A stretch of DNA of 64,000 bases from Thermomicrobiales bacterium (GTDB lineage Bacteria > Chloroflexota > Chloroflexia > Thermomicrobiales > UBA6265): assembly GCA_045804965.1 (NCBI GenBank), contig JBJMMD010000047.1, positions 18,421-82,420 of the forward strand, read 5' to 3'. How positions within the stretch are numbered: the first letter of the stretch is position 1; the number at the start of each line of letters is the position of its first letter. The notes under the pieces were generated by a model, which searched no databases, was not told the DNA's origin, and saw nothing but the letters and a program-made list of their open reading frames with translations. The position numbers and the translations under genes were made by a program. Shown here piece after piece: positions 1 to 9,422 of this stretch.

Positions 1-209
1 TAAGCGTGGCGGACCTCGTAACCGATGTGCTCGAGGTAGCGTTTGATCACGTCGAACACGATGTACGACATCGCATGGCCGACATGCGAAGGAGAGTAGG
101 GCGTGACGCCGCAGACGTACATGCGGACCTTGCCCGGTGCACTCGTTTCGAATTTTTCGACTTCGCGAGTCATCGTGTTGTAGACGTGCAGCTCATTGGC
201 TGTTTCCAC
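1..209 (-). CDS. cysS: cysteine--tRNA ligase, N-terminal fragment (gene continues past the left edge)
   Basis: My reverse-strand translation from GTG at 207-209 gives [68 protein letters not shown]. This carries a class-I HIGH-type signature (SHVGH) in the usual CysRS N-terminal context. AGGAG lies 7 nt upstream of the GTG. The gene is absent from the ORF track because it is truncated. Confidence 0.85.
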   Translation of the reverse strand, partial: METANELHVYNTMTREVEKFETSAPGKVRMYVCGVTPYSPSHVGHAMSYIVFDVIKRYLEHIGYEVRHA

Positions 210-242
210 TTAGCTGCTCCTTCGAATGCCGTGGTTCGTTGT

Positions 243-908
243 TTAAAAAACGACAGCGTCTTCCGACGGTATGGCGTGGGCTGCCTCGAGCTCGCGGACC
301 TTGGTTTCAAGCTCTTCAACGCGCTGAATCAAGGCAATGATCGTATCTTGCTGCGGGTCGGGAAGGTGTTCGAGGCGTTGCGTTTCGCCTGAGATCGGGT
401 CAGTCCAGGCGACAGTTCGGGCGGGCACACCAACAGCCGTCGTGTGCGCGGGCACATCCCTCGTGACGACCGCTCCACCGCCGATTTTGGCCTGTTCGCC
501 GATTGTGACCGCACCGAGCACTTTCGCCCCAACGCCCACAACCACGCCATTTCCTAGTGTAGGGTGGCGCTTGCCCTTTTCTTTGCCTGTGCCGCCTAGA
601 GTGATGCCCTGATAGAGGGTAACGTCGTCACCGACGACTGCGGTTTCGCCAATCACCACGCCCATCCCGTGATCGATGAACACGCGCCGTCCGATCGCGG
701 CGGCGGGATGAATTTCGATGCCGGTCAAGAAGCGGCCAAGGTGGGAAACCAGGCGGCCAAGCAGCAGCAATCGTTGGTCCGACAACCAGTGCGCGACGCG
801 ATGGAATGCGATGGCATGAAGTCCAGGATAGGCCAAGAGCACTTCTAGGTTTGAGCGGGCGGCGGGATCGCGTTCGCGTATCGCCCGTATCTCTTCGAGG
901 ATGGACAT
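243..908 (-). CDS. cysE: serine O-acetyltransferase
   Basis: 221-aa ORF with the SAT N-terminal helical region and hexapeptide-repeat beta-helix ([24 protein letters not shown]...[30 protein letters not shown]). It sits 33 nt upstream of cysS on the same strand. Confidence 0.9.
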   Translation of the reverse strand: MSILEEIRAIRERDPAARSNLEVLLAYPGLHAIAFHRVAHWLSDQRLLLLGRLVSHLGRFLTGIEIHPAAAIGRRVFIDHGMGVVIGETAVVGDDVTLYQGITLGGTGKEKGKRHPTLGNGVVVGVGAKVLGAVTIGEQAKIGGGAVVTRDVPAHTTAVGVPARTVAWTDPISGETQRLEHLPDPQQDTIIALIQRVEELETKVRELEAAHAIPSEDAVVF

Positions 909-998
909 TGAGTTGCTCTCTTGATCTCAGCACCGCTCGCCGGCGCTAATCTGTAACGACATACCGACCGCGGCGGGTCGCCGGGTTATGGCGAGGGC

Positions 999-1019
999 GG
1001 GGCGCAATAGATGCGCCCC
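999..1019 (-). terminator. GC-rich hairpin between the fmdB-like gene and cysE (terminator-like, no U tract)
   Basis: Transcript sense GGGGCGCA-UCUAU-UGCGCCCC, an 8-bp stem. It lies about 100 nt downstream of the stop at 1122 and about 90 nt upstream of the cysE start. No T-run follows it. Confidence 0.3.
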
Positions 1020-1121
1020 GAGAGACAGGAGCAGAATCCTCCGACGGCGGCGCCACACGGCTCCGGTTGGACGTGGCAAATTGGATGCAAGCGACATGAT
1101 CGCATCCGGAGGCCCTCGGAT

Positions 1122-1418
1122 CTAAGCTGGCGCCGGAGCTTTGTCCGGCTTCGCGTCAGTACTCTTCGGAGATTCAGTCGAATCCGACTTCGATTTCTTC
1201 GTCGTGCTCGCTGCCGAGCCATTCGTCGATTCCGACGGTTGAGGACGAGAATCAGTGATATACCAACCAGAACCCTTAAAGACGACACCGACCGGTTGAA
1301 TGACCCTGCGGACGTTGCCGCCGCACAGCGGGCATTCGGTCAGTGGTTCATCAGAAAAGCGCTGAAACTGCTCGAATTCATTGGCGCAGGCACTGCAGCG
1401 ATATGAGTACGTGGGCAT
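1122..1418 (-). CDS. FmdB-family zinc-ribbon protein with Ser/Thr/Lys-rich tail
   Basis: MPTYSYRCSACANEFEQ...LTECPLCGG gives the CxxC...CxxC zinc ribbon typical of the FmdB/CxxC_CxxC_SSSS family. The C-terminal half is low-complexity. Confidence 0.75.
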   Translation of the reverse strand: MPTYSYRCSACANEFEQFQRFSDEPLTECPLCGGNVRRVIQPVGVVFKGSGWYITDSRPQPSESTNGSAASTTKKSKSDSTESPKSTDAKPDKAPAPA

Positions 1419-1466
1419 CCCGCGAACTTCTCCTAGTTCCTTTGAGTCCTACACAAATATCAATTC

Positions 1467-1495
1467 ATTGTACTGAACATTTCCCCCAGAATCAA
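1467..1495 (-). promoter_or_regulatory. sigma70-type promoter for the fmdB-like gene
   Basis: Reverse strand reads TTGATT (1495-1490), a 17-nt spacer, then TACAAT (1472-1467). It sits in the only AT-rich patch between the polA stop and the ATG at 1418. AGGAG lies 11 nt before the ATG. Confidence 0.45.
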
Positions 1496-1520
1496 ACTTT
1501 CCAAACGGAAGTATTGCGCG

Positions 1521-4286
1521 TCAGCCGCGTGAAATCTCGACTTTGTTCAATTCTTCCCAATTGTCTCCAGCGGAGATTTCGGCGACGAGCGGGACGTCAA
1601 GTTTCGTCGCGTTCTCCATCGTCTCGACGACGACCTTGGCGGTCTTCTTCAGCTCATCCTTTGGAACTTCAAGCACAAGCTCGTCGTGTACCTGGAGCAG
1701 CATCTTGGCGCGAAGCTTGTTTTTCACCAGATTGTCAGCAAGCTGGATCATCGCCATCTTCATGATGTCGGCTGCTGCTCCTTGGAGCGGCATATTGATA
1801 GCCATCCGTTCCGCGGGAGCTCGGCGCTGACCGTTCGGTGAAATGAGATCGGGAAGAATCCGGCGGCGGCCACTCGGGGCTTGCACGTAGCCGTGGCTTG
1901 CGCCGAAGCGAAGAGTGCGGTCGAAGTACTCTCTGACCTTGGGCAAGCGCGACCAGTACTGGTCGATGAATTTCTGGGCGTCGGCGCGGCTAAGACCCGT
2001 GTCTCGCGAGAGGCCGTAAGCTTGCATGCCGTACAACAAACCGAAGTTCACTGTCTTGGCGATACGGCGTAGGTCAGGAGTGACTTCCTCCGGCTCAACT
2101 CCATAGACGAGTCCCGCGGTTGCGGCGTGAATATCTTCACCTTGTCGAAAAGCATCGACCAAGAAAGGCTCGCCGCTCATGTGGGCCATCAGCCGAAGCT
2201 CGATCTGCGAATAGTCTGCGGAGACCAAAATTGGATCCGGGAAGAGGCCTTTGTCGGGACGATGATCGGCGACGAATGCGCGTCGCACTCGCCTGCCCAA
2301 TTCGGTGCGAATGGGAATGTTCTGGAGGTTCGGATTTTGAGAGGACAATCGACCGGTGGCGGCGATGGTCTGGTTGTAAGAAGTATGAACACGGCCAGTT
2401 TCCGGGTTGACCTGAAGTGGCAGGGCGTCCACGTAAGTCGACTTCAACTTACTGAGGGTTCGATATTCAAGGATCAATGGAACAACGGGGTGGGCGTTCA
2501 CCAACGCCTCCAGCACATCGGAATCGACGGAGTAGCCGGTCTTCGTTCGCCTTCCGGATTGCAGCTTCAGCTCGTCGAACAGCAGAGTCGCGATCTGCTT
2601 CGTCGAGCCAACATTGATTGCGCGGCCGACAACCTGATGGATTTCTTGCTCGACTTGGCCGAAGCGATTAGTGATCTCCTCAGAGAACTGCTTCAAGTAG
2701 TCGATGTCGATAGCGATTCCGGTACGTTCGATGTCGACGAGAACCGGGATGAGCGGCATTTCTTCGTTGTAAAAGAGATCGTCCATTCCTCGTTCCGTCA
2801 ATTCCGGACCAAAGAGTTCGGCGAGTGCCAACGTTGATTCCACGTCGCCGCAGGCATAATCACCGGCGAGATCAATATCGACGCAATCCATCGTGAGCTG
2901 GTTCCGGCCAATGCCGATCAATTCCGATATTTCGGTCATCTGGATGCCGAGCTTGGTGAATGCGAGGTCCTTCAGGCCTATAGCGTTTTCGCCCAAGAGA
3001 TACGCGGCAACCATCGTGTCAAAAACGAGATTCGTGAGCTCAAACCCATGCCGACTGAGGACGAGGAGATCGTATTTGCCATGATGGGCGTAGCCTTGAA
3101 TCTTCTTGTCAACGAGCACCTGCGCAAGCGTCTTCTGGACATCCTCAAGACGAAGCTGCTCGCCTTCTTTGTGACCGACCGGGATGTAATAACCCTCGTC
3201 CGGGGTTGTCGCGATCGAAATGCCGACAAGTACTGCTCGGTTGGGGTCGGTTGAGGTCGCCTCGACATCGAAAGCGTATCGACCTGTCTCGCGTATTCGA
3301 GTGACCAGTGCTTTCAGTGCATCCGCTGACCTAATCACATTGCGCGTTGAAACCTTTCGCACGGCAGTTGGCGCCGCGGGCCGGCCGGGTTCCGGCAGTT
3401 TCGGGACCAGTGTGCGGAACTCGAGCTCGCGGAAAAGCTCGATCGCGGCCTCGCGGTCATAGTCGGAAATCGCGCTTTGTTCGAGATCGAAGGGAACTTC
3501 AAGCGTTCGTTCGATGGTGGCGAGGCGCTTGCTGAGTTTCGCTTGTTCAACATTCGCTGCGAGCGCGGTTTTCGCCCGAATTGGCGTGACCTCGTCCAGG
3601 TGATCGATGATTTGTTCGAGCGGACCAAACTGCGTGATGAGCGCGGTCGCGGTCTTCTCACCGATGCCCGGGACACCAGGAATATTGTCCGACGTGTCAC
3701 CGACGAGCGCCTTGTAATCCGGGATGAGCTCGGGACCGAAACCGTACCGTTCGACCACAGCGTCGCGGTCAAACAATCGCAGCTCGCCAAACCTGCGCGC
3801 ACCGGGGAGCACGGCGACAACGTTGTCGCCGACGAGTTGAAGGAGGTCGCTGTCACCAGTAACGATGACGACATCGACACCAGCGGCCTCGGGGCATTTC
3901 TTGGAAAGGCTTCCGATTACGTCGTCCGCTTCCCAGCCGTCGACTTGCTCTATCGGGATGCCGAGCACGTCAATCAGCTGCCGCACGCGTCCAATTTGGT
4001 TCCGGAGGTCGTCAGGCATTTCGCCCCGATGTGCCTTGTAATCTTCGAATTCATCTTGGCGAAACGTGCGTCCACCTTCGAGGGCAACGACGGCGTAGTC
4101 GGGCTTTTGCGATCGGAAGGTGTCGAGGAGCATCGAGGCGAAGCCGAAGACTGCGTTGACTTGCTCGCCGGCCGCGGTCGTCAGTGTCGGAGGAAGCGCG
4201 TGATAGGCTCGAAAAATAAGCCCGTAGCCGTCGATCAAGATGAGCGTCGGCCGAGCGCCAGATTTGCCGTTTTCAGTTTTCACCAA
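1521..4286 (-). CDS. polA: DNA polymerase I (5'-3' exonuclease, 3'-5' exonuclease and polymerase domains)
   Basis: N-terminal LILIDGYGLIFRAYHAL (5' nuclease), FDVEATS (exonuclease DxE), DYSQIELRLMAH and LLQVHDELVLE (polymerase motifs A and C). I moved the start to TTG 4286 (GTG 4283 is also possible) because AGGAGG lies 9 nt upstream. The ORF-track ATG at 4346 has no RBS. Confidence 0.95.
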   Translation of the reverse strand: MVKTENGKSGARPTLILIDGYGLIFRAYHALPPTLTTAAGEQVNAVFGFASMLLDTFRSQKPDYAVVALEGGRTFRQDEFEDYKAHRGEMPDDLRNQIGRVRQLIDVLGIPIEQVDGWEADDVIGSLSKKCPEAAGVDVVIVTGDSDLLQLVGDNVVAVLPGARRFGELRLFDRDAVVERYGFGPELIPDYKALVGDTSDNIPGVPGIGEKTATALITQFGPLEQIIDHLDEVTPIRAKTALAANVEQAKLSKRLATIERTLEVPFDLEQSAISDYDREAAIELFRELEFRTLVPKLPEPGRPAAPTAVRKVSTRNVIRSADALKALVTRIRETGRYAFDVEATSTDPNRAVLVGISIATTPDEGYYIPVGHKEGEQLRLEDVQKTLAQVLVDKKIQGYAHHGKYDLLVLSRHGFELTNLVFDTMVAAYLLGENAIGLKDLAFTKLGIQMTEISELIGIGRNQLTMDCVDIDLAGDYACGDVESTLALAELFGPELTERGMDDLFYNEEMPLIPVLVDIERTGIAIDIDYLKQFSEEITNRFGQVEQEIHQVVGRAINVGSTKQIATLLFDELKLQSGRRTKTGYSVDSDVLEALVNAHPVVPLILEYRTLSKLKSTYVDALPLQVNPETGRVHTSYNQTIAATGRLSSQNPNLQNIPIRTELGRRVRRAFVADHRPDKGLFPDPILVSADYSQIELRLMAHMSGEPFLVDAFRQGEDIHAATAGLVYGVEPEEVTPDLRRIAKTVNFGLLYGMQAYGLSRDTGLSRADAQKFIDQYWSRLPKVREYFDRTLRFGASHGYVQAPSGRRRILPDLISPNGQRRAPAERMAINMPLQGAAADIMKMAMIQLADNLVKNKLRAKMLLQVHDELVLEVPKDELKKTAKVVVETMENATKLDVPLVAEISAGDNWEELNKVEISRG

Positions 4287-4531
4287 GTGTGTGCACCTCC
4301 TATAGTCCGAGTATAGTGGCTCGGAAAGTGTCGTGCGCCTGATCACAAGTGATTCGTGAAAGAACAGATTGCTATACTTCGGATGCCGTCATGCGCATGA
4401 CGAAAACGGTCCGTGCGAGCTAGCAGAGTTTGCCGCTCGATCTCGGATCCACATCGCCGGTGAGCGCCCAAGGCGCAAGTACCGGCGAATTTCCGCGACA
4501 TGGTTATCCGGGCATAGGAGCCCGTCAACAT

Positions 4532-5533
4532 ATGGATCCGACCGTCGTTCAATGTGTAGCTAACGTTGTCTGCGATAACGTCGAACGCGTCATCGTTGGC
4601 AAGCGGCGCGAAGTTCAACTCGTACTTGTAGCGTTGCTCTGTAAGGGCCATGTCCTGATCGAGGATGTGCCCGGGGTCGGTAAGACTGTCCTCGCGAAAG
4701 CGATCGCGCGCACGATCGGATCCGGTTTCAAGCGGATCCAATTCACACCGGACCTCCTACCAAGCGATGTCACTGGCGTCAACGTCTTCAATCAACAGAC
4801 TGGGCGGTTCGAGTTTCGACCCGGACCGGTTGTGGCGCAGCTTGTGTTAGCGGACGAGGTCAATCGAGCGACGCCGAAAACGCAAGCAGCGTTGCTCGAA
4901 GCGATGGAAGAGGCGCAAGTCACGGTCGATGGCGTCACCCACATGCTGCCGGAACCGTTTGTGGTCCTCGCGACGGAAAATCCGATTGAATATGAGGGAA
5001 CATTTCCTCTTCCCGAGGCGCAACTTGACCGGTTTCTGATCCGGCTCTCGCTTGGCTACCCGGGGCGAGACAACGAGCTCGAAATGCTCGATCGTCAGCA
5101 CCGTAGCCACCCCCTCGAAAGCTTGAAACAAGTGATGCAGATACAGGACCTGATTGACGCTCAAGCGGCAGTTAAGGAAATACATGTCTCCGAGCCAATT
5201 CGGGAGTACATCCTGAGAATCGTTGAAGCGACACGAATTCCGCAAGAAGATGTCTATTTGGGGTCGAGCCCTCGCGGTTCGCTAGCGCTGTACAACGCGT
5301 CGCGGGCGTGGGCCGCGCTGCATGGGCGCGCATTCGTGACCCCTGATGACGTGAAAGAACTCGCAGAATCGACGCTCGCCCACCGCATTATCGTTTCGCC
5401 GACCGCGCGCATGAAAAATATCGATAGCCGGTCAGTCGTCTCCGAGATCTTGCGCATCGTTCCAGTCCCCGGAGCGCAACCCGTCCCTCAGGGCCGCACG
5501 ACTCCCTGGGGAGCACAGCGAAGCGGACGGTAA
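4532..5533 (+). CDS. MoxR-family AAA+ ATPase
   Basis: Walker A GVPGVGKT and the MoxR signature [29 protein letters not shown]. The start is set at ATG 4532 (AGGAG 11 nt upstream). The longer track ORF from 4430 adds a non-conserved leader. Confidence 0.9.
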   Translation: MDPTVVQCVANVVCDNVERVIVGKRREVQLVLVALLCKGHVLIEDVPGVGKTVLAKAIARTIGSGFKRIQFTPDLLPSDVTGVNVFNQQTGRFEFRPGPVVAQLVLADEVNRATPKTQAALLEAMEEAQVTVDGVTHMLPEPFVVLATENPIEYEGTFPLPEAQLDRFLIRLSLGYPGRDNELEMLDRQHRSHPLESLKQVMQIQDLIDAQAAVKEIHVSEPIREYILRIVEATRIPQEDVYLGSSPRGSLALYNASRAWAALHGRAFVTPDDVKELAESTLAHRIIVSPTARMKNIDSRSVVSEILRIVPVPGAQPVPQGRTTPWGAQRSGR

Positions 5534-5539
5534 CCGTAC

Positions 5540-6817
5540 ATGACCACCGTCCGACTGATCATCTTGATTGTCGGAGTCGCGATTGTCGCCCAGGTTGCCG
5601 ATTGGCAACCGCTCGATCGCATGGCAATCGGGCTGATCGCTTTGCTGCTCTTCGCCTTCATTTGGAGCAAGTGGAGCATCCGAAACCTCGGCATCACCCG
5701 AACCGCCGACACGGACCGCGCGCAAGTTGGGCAAACGATTCGAGAACGGGTCAGCGTTCGGAACGGTGGCTTCCTCGCCAAGCTCTGGCTCGAAGCCAAA
5801 GACTACTCAAGTTTCCCCGGACATTCCGCGAGCCGGGTCGTTCATGTGCGTGGGCATAACGTGGCAGAATGGGTCGTCGAAACGATTGCCGCGCGGCGCG
5901 GCCGCTACCATTTCGGTCCGATGCGGATCAAATCAGGAGATCCTTTCGGTTTGTTTCCGGCCAAACTATCGGTGCCGGCAACGATCGATGTATTGATCTA
6001 TCCCGCCGCGGTCGACGTGAGCGGGTTCCCCTTGCCGATTGGAATTCTCTCGGGCGGAAATACAACTGAGCGCAAGACTCCGTTCACAACGGCGAGCGTC
6101 GCGGGCATCCGCGAGTACTTCCCGGGCGATGCCTACAATCGAATTAGCTGGGCAGCGACGGCGAGGACCGGACAGCTGATGGTCAAGGAGTTCGATCACG
6201 ACCCATCGTCTGATGTTTGGATTGTCCTCGACCTGGATCGAAACTTCAGTATCAGGGCCTTGAGGCCGCTGGGGATCGCGGCGGGTCGCGACGGCGAATG
6301 GCCTGTCGAAGCTTGGCTTGATGCGACTGAAGAATATGCGGTCACAGTTGCGGCGTCATTGACCCACCGGTGTTTGAATCAGGGCCTGAGTGTGGGTCTC
6401 ATTTCGACCGGCGCGCACTATGAAGTGATCCCGGCTGATAGGTCCGATCGGCAGTACGTGAAAATCCTTGAGACGCTTGCCGTCGTTGATGCAGATGGGC
6501 ACCGACCGCTGGCCGAAGTGTTGGTTGCTGAGGCGCGGCGATTTACGCGCCAGAGCACGTTGATTGTCATAACATCGTCGACCGATGAAGCATGGGTCCG
6601 AATGTTGGCCGAAATCACAGGCAAGCGCGTGAGATCCGCGGCGATTTTTGTCGAGCCCGAGACGTTCGGTCATGCGAAGACTTCGCAGATGATTTTGAGC
6701 AGTCTGCTCGCCGCCGGGATATCGACGCACTTGATTAAGTATGGCGACGACATTGGCCGCGCATTGTCGACGAACGGTGTGAGCCACGTTCCCACGGGAA
6801 GAGCAATCGTTGGTTAG
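5540..6817 (+). CDS. DUF58 domain protein (VWA-related MoxR partner), two N-terminal TM helices
   Basis: Hydrophobic N-terminus (LIILIVGVAIVAQVA, IGLIALLLFAFIW) and the DUF58 core (YNRISWAATARTGQLMVKEFDHDPSSDVWIVLD). It starts 6 nt after the MoxR gene. Confidence 0.85.
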   Translation: MTTVRLIILIVGVAIVAQVADWQPLDRMAIGLIALLLFAFIWSKWSIRNLGITRTADTDRAQVGQTIRERVSVRNGGFLAKLWLEAKDYSSFPGHSASRVVHVRGHNVAEWVVETIAARRGRYHFGPMRIKSGDPFGLFPAKLSVPATIDVLIYPAAVDVSGFPLPIGILSGGNTTERKTPFTTASVAGIREYFPGDAYNRISWAATARTGQLMVKEFDHDPSSDVWIVLDLDRNFSIRALRPLGIAAGRDGEWPVEAWLDATEEYAVTVAASLTHRCLNQGLSVGLISTGAHYEVIPADRSDRQYVKILETLAVVDADGHRPLAEVLVAEARRFTRQSTLIVITSSTDEAWVRMLAEITGKRVRSAAIFVEPETFGHAKTSQMILSSLLAAGISTHLIKYGDDIGRALSTNGVSHVPTGRAIVG

Positions 6818-9422
6818 TGTTGCAGCCATCCAGCCAAATCGAGGGCGCCAAAGCCTGCACCGAGTTCAGTTAGTTCCGGCTGAAGGTTGGCTGACGGTAC
6901 TTTTGCATCTCGCGATCGTGCTCGGTGCGGTAGCCGCGATCCAACGAGAGGATTGGGCGAACGATCTCTCGATCCTCACGCCTCTCGCGGCGCTTGCCGT
7001 GCTCGAAGGTTTTCTACTTGCGAAAACGCGCGTCACCGACCTCGTCGCGCATTTCGTCTCGTTCGTGGCGGCGATTGTCGTTTCCGTTGTGCTGACCGCC
7101 GCCACTATGGAGGGCGTTGATGCGGGATGGCGTTCGCGTTTGCACATTCTGTGGGTCCGGGGCGAGGCATGGTATCGCCAGGCGGAACGCGGGCGCGGAG
7201 CGGACGACAGTGAGCTCTTCGTTCTCCTCATGGGCATCACTGTTTGGCTGATCGCTTACAGCTCGGCTTGGATGCTCTATCGCCGCCATTGGTTGATCGC
7301 TTCCCTCTTGCTCCCTGGCGGCGTGCTGACGATCAACTATGCCTACGCCCAAGATTCGTCACCTGAACCGATCTTTTTTTACGGAGTTGCGTGTTGCCTG
7401 CTTGCCGCTCGATACCACGCCTACCAACGCCAAGTTGAATGGTCGAGATCGCGCGTTCCCTCGCCAGACCACTTGCCCTGGCACTTCATGCGGGCTGGGC
7501 TCATGATCACCGCGACCGCGGTGATCATGGCATGGTCGCTACCCGCACACGCACCGGATCCGGTTCTCAATCAAGTCGCGGATCGGATCGAGCGCCCCTG
7601 GCAAACAATCGAAAATCGCTGGAACGACTGGATGGGCAACTTCGGTAATACGGGCCGCCGAGGCGGTCGATTTGCCTCGTTCGATGAGTCGTTCCGGCTT
7701 GGCGGCGATCTGAATCTCAGCCAAGAAAAAGTCGCGGTCGTGAACGCCGACCATCCGGTCTATCTCGTTGCGCATCGCTACAACCGTTATGACGGTCACG
7801 GCTGGTCGACCGACGTCGAAAGCACGTTCCGCGGCGACAACGCGAGCAGCAAGGACTTTGCTCCCGTCGTCACCTTCGAGCCGGGGAGTGACCTCTTTTT
7901 GTCGTCCCTGATGACGAAGGAGCGCAATCGAGACCAGGCAACCGTCACCGTCTTCAAGAGCAAGGGCGATTTGCTCTTGACGATCGACACGTACTCATCG
8001 AGCAGCGAGCGGGTGGGCGTCCAGCTTGGTTGGCAACAACTCAACAACGCCCGGTTCCAAATTGCGGGCGGGAACCCGAATATCGCTCCTGTCGACCTCC
8101 GCGAGTTCGTTGGCCTGTTGCAGCAAGGGACATTTACGCTCGATCAGCAATCCAACCAGTGGCTCCCGTCCGATCCATCGCTGAGGCAATCCATCGCTAG
8201 CAAGCAAGAAGAGTTGCGCCAACGGAATTTGGACACTTCATGGCAAGTGAACGAGAGCGGACATGTCGAAACCCTCATCGTCAACGGGCAACTTCCTGTT
8301 TATGACGATGTTGAAGCGGTACGAGTCCACAACGCTCCAGGCGAAGGCGATCAGTACTCGATTGCAGGTTTGAAGAGCGTGGCGTCAGCCGACGCGTTGC
8401 GGAATGCCCCGACCAATGATCCGGGTTTCGTACTCGCTCGCTATCTAGGTAATCCGACGACCGTGACGCCTCGAACAATCGACCTTGCCAAGACAATCAC
8501 GGCAGGCGCGAACACTCGTTACGATCAGGCGCTCGCGATCCAGGAATATCTGCGCAATACCTATCCCTACGATGAAAAGGTCGACGTTCCGCCGGCGGAC
8601 CAGGACGCGGTGGACTTCTTCTTGTTCGACGGCAAGCGCGGCTATTGCGAGTATTTCGCGTCTTCGATGGTTGTTATGTTGCGCTCACTCAACATCCCGG
8701 CGCGGCTGGCGGCCGGCTACCATCCTGCACCGTTTGATGCCGAATCCGGAGGCTATCTTTACCGCGAAAAGCAGGCGCACACCTGGGTCGAGGTCTACTT
8801 CGCAGGCTACGGCTGGATTCCGTTCGAACCGACCCCCGCCGTCAATCGCATCAATTTGGCCGAAAATCAGCCCAACGAAGCAGAGGCCACTCCGACAGTC
8901 GAGCCAACACAAGCGCCCGATCAACCGGAACCGACCGCGACCCTGATTCCCACTCCTGCCGGGACGCCGGCACCAAACACGATCACGACACATCGCGACG
9001 ACGGTGGACCGTCGACGTTGCAGCAGATTCTGAAAATCATTATCCGCCTGGTCGCGGTGATTGCACTCATCTTCATCGCATTCGCGCTCATCGGTTCAAT
9101 CACCTGGCATTGGCGACTGCGCGGATTGCGGCCCGGCGCGGCGATGTTTGCCCGCGTGCAGCGAGTCGGCAAATGGTGGGGTGTGAAACCAGACGCAACA
9201 ATGACGCCCGTTGAGTTTGCCCGCGAGCTTGGTCGAGTCGCGCCCTCGGTTCGACGGCCTGTTCGACGTGTCGCCGAGTTATACGAAACGGAGCAGTACG
9301 GACCAACGCCAACGGACAACGCTACAGAGCGGCAAGCGAAACACGCCTGGACGGAAACGCGGAACTCGCTCTTGAAGTCACTTCCGCGTTTGCGGCCCAG
9401 GCGGCGGAGGGGCCGTGGCTAA
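6810..9422 (+). CDS. polytopic transglutaminase-like protein (TgpA-like; DUF3488/TGase core/DUF4129-like tail)
   Basis: N-terminal multi-TM region, then a catalytic-core-like GKRGYCEYFASSMVVMLRSLNIPARLAAGY...HTWVEVYFAGYGWIPFEPTP, then a late TM helix (IIRLVAVIALIFIAFALIGSI). TTG start overlaps the DUF58 stop by 8 nt. Confidence 0.85.
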   Translation: MVSVAAIQPNRGRQSLHRVQLVPAEGWLTVLLHLAIVLGAVAAIQREDWANDLSILTPLAALAVLEGFLLAKTRVTDLVAHFVSFVAAIVVSVVLTAATMEGVDAGWRSRLHILWVRGEAWYRQAERGRGADDSELFVLLMGITVWLIAYSSAWMLYRRHWLIASLLLPGGVLTINYAYAQDSSPEPIFFYGVACCLLAARYHAYQRQVEWSRSRVPSPDHLPWHFMRAGLMITATAVIMAWSLPAHAPDPVLNQVADRIERPWQTIENRWNDWMGNFGNTGRRGGRFASFDESFRLGGDLNLSQEKVAVVNADHPVYLVAHRYNRYDGHGWSTDVESTFRGDNASSKDFAPVVTFEPGSDLFLSSLMTKERNRDQATVTVFKSKGDLLLTIDTYSSSSERVGVQLGWQQLNNARFQIAGGNPNIAPVDLREFVGLLQQGTFTLDQQSNQWLPSDPSLRQSIASKQEELRQRNLDTSWQVNESGHVETLIVNGQLPVYDDVEAVRVHNAPGEGDQYSIAGLKSVASADALRNAPTNDPGFVLARYLGNPTTVTPRTIDLAKTITAGANTRYDQALAIQEYLRNTYPYDEKVDVPPADQDAVDFFLFDGKRGYCEYFASSMVVMLRSLNIPARLAAGYHPAPFDAESGGYLYREKQAHTWVEVYFAGYGWIPFEPTPAVNRINLAENQPNEAEATPTVEPTQAPDQPEPTATLIPTPAGTPAPNTITTHRDDGGPSTLQQILKIIIRLVAVIALIFIAFALIGSITWHWRLRGLRPGAAMFARVQRVGKWWGVKPDATMTPVEFARELGRVAPSVRRPVRRVAELYETEQYGPTPTDNATERQAKHAWTETRNSLLKSLPRLRPRRRRGRG

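Noticed and set aside
1040-1075. T-box riboswitch upstream of cysE. The segment GUGUGGCGCCGCC resembles the GGGUGGUACCGCG T-box core (9 of 13 positions).
   Set aside because: I found no specifier-loop, K-turn or AG-bulge elements. The UGGC bulge would match a G73 discriminator (Ser-like), not the U73 I recall for tRNA-Cys. The surrounding helices do not form the canonical antiterminator (7-nt bulge) competing with the 999-1019 hairpin, and that hairpin lacks a U tract.
4430-4531. N-terminal extensions implied by the longest-ORF track for several genes: 4430, 11437, 11928, 15097, 24160, 27661, 58445 and 58457.
   Set aside because: In each case the extension is non-conserved, often overlaps the neighbouring gene, and a downstream start with a better RBS coincides with the beginning of the conserved family sequence. 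The shorter models were used. Exact starts remain unverified.
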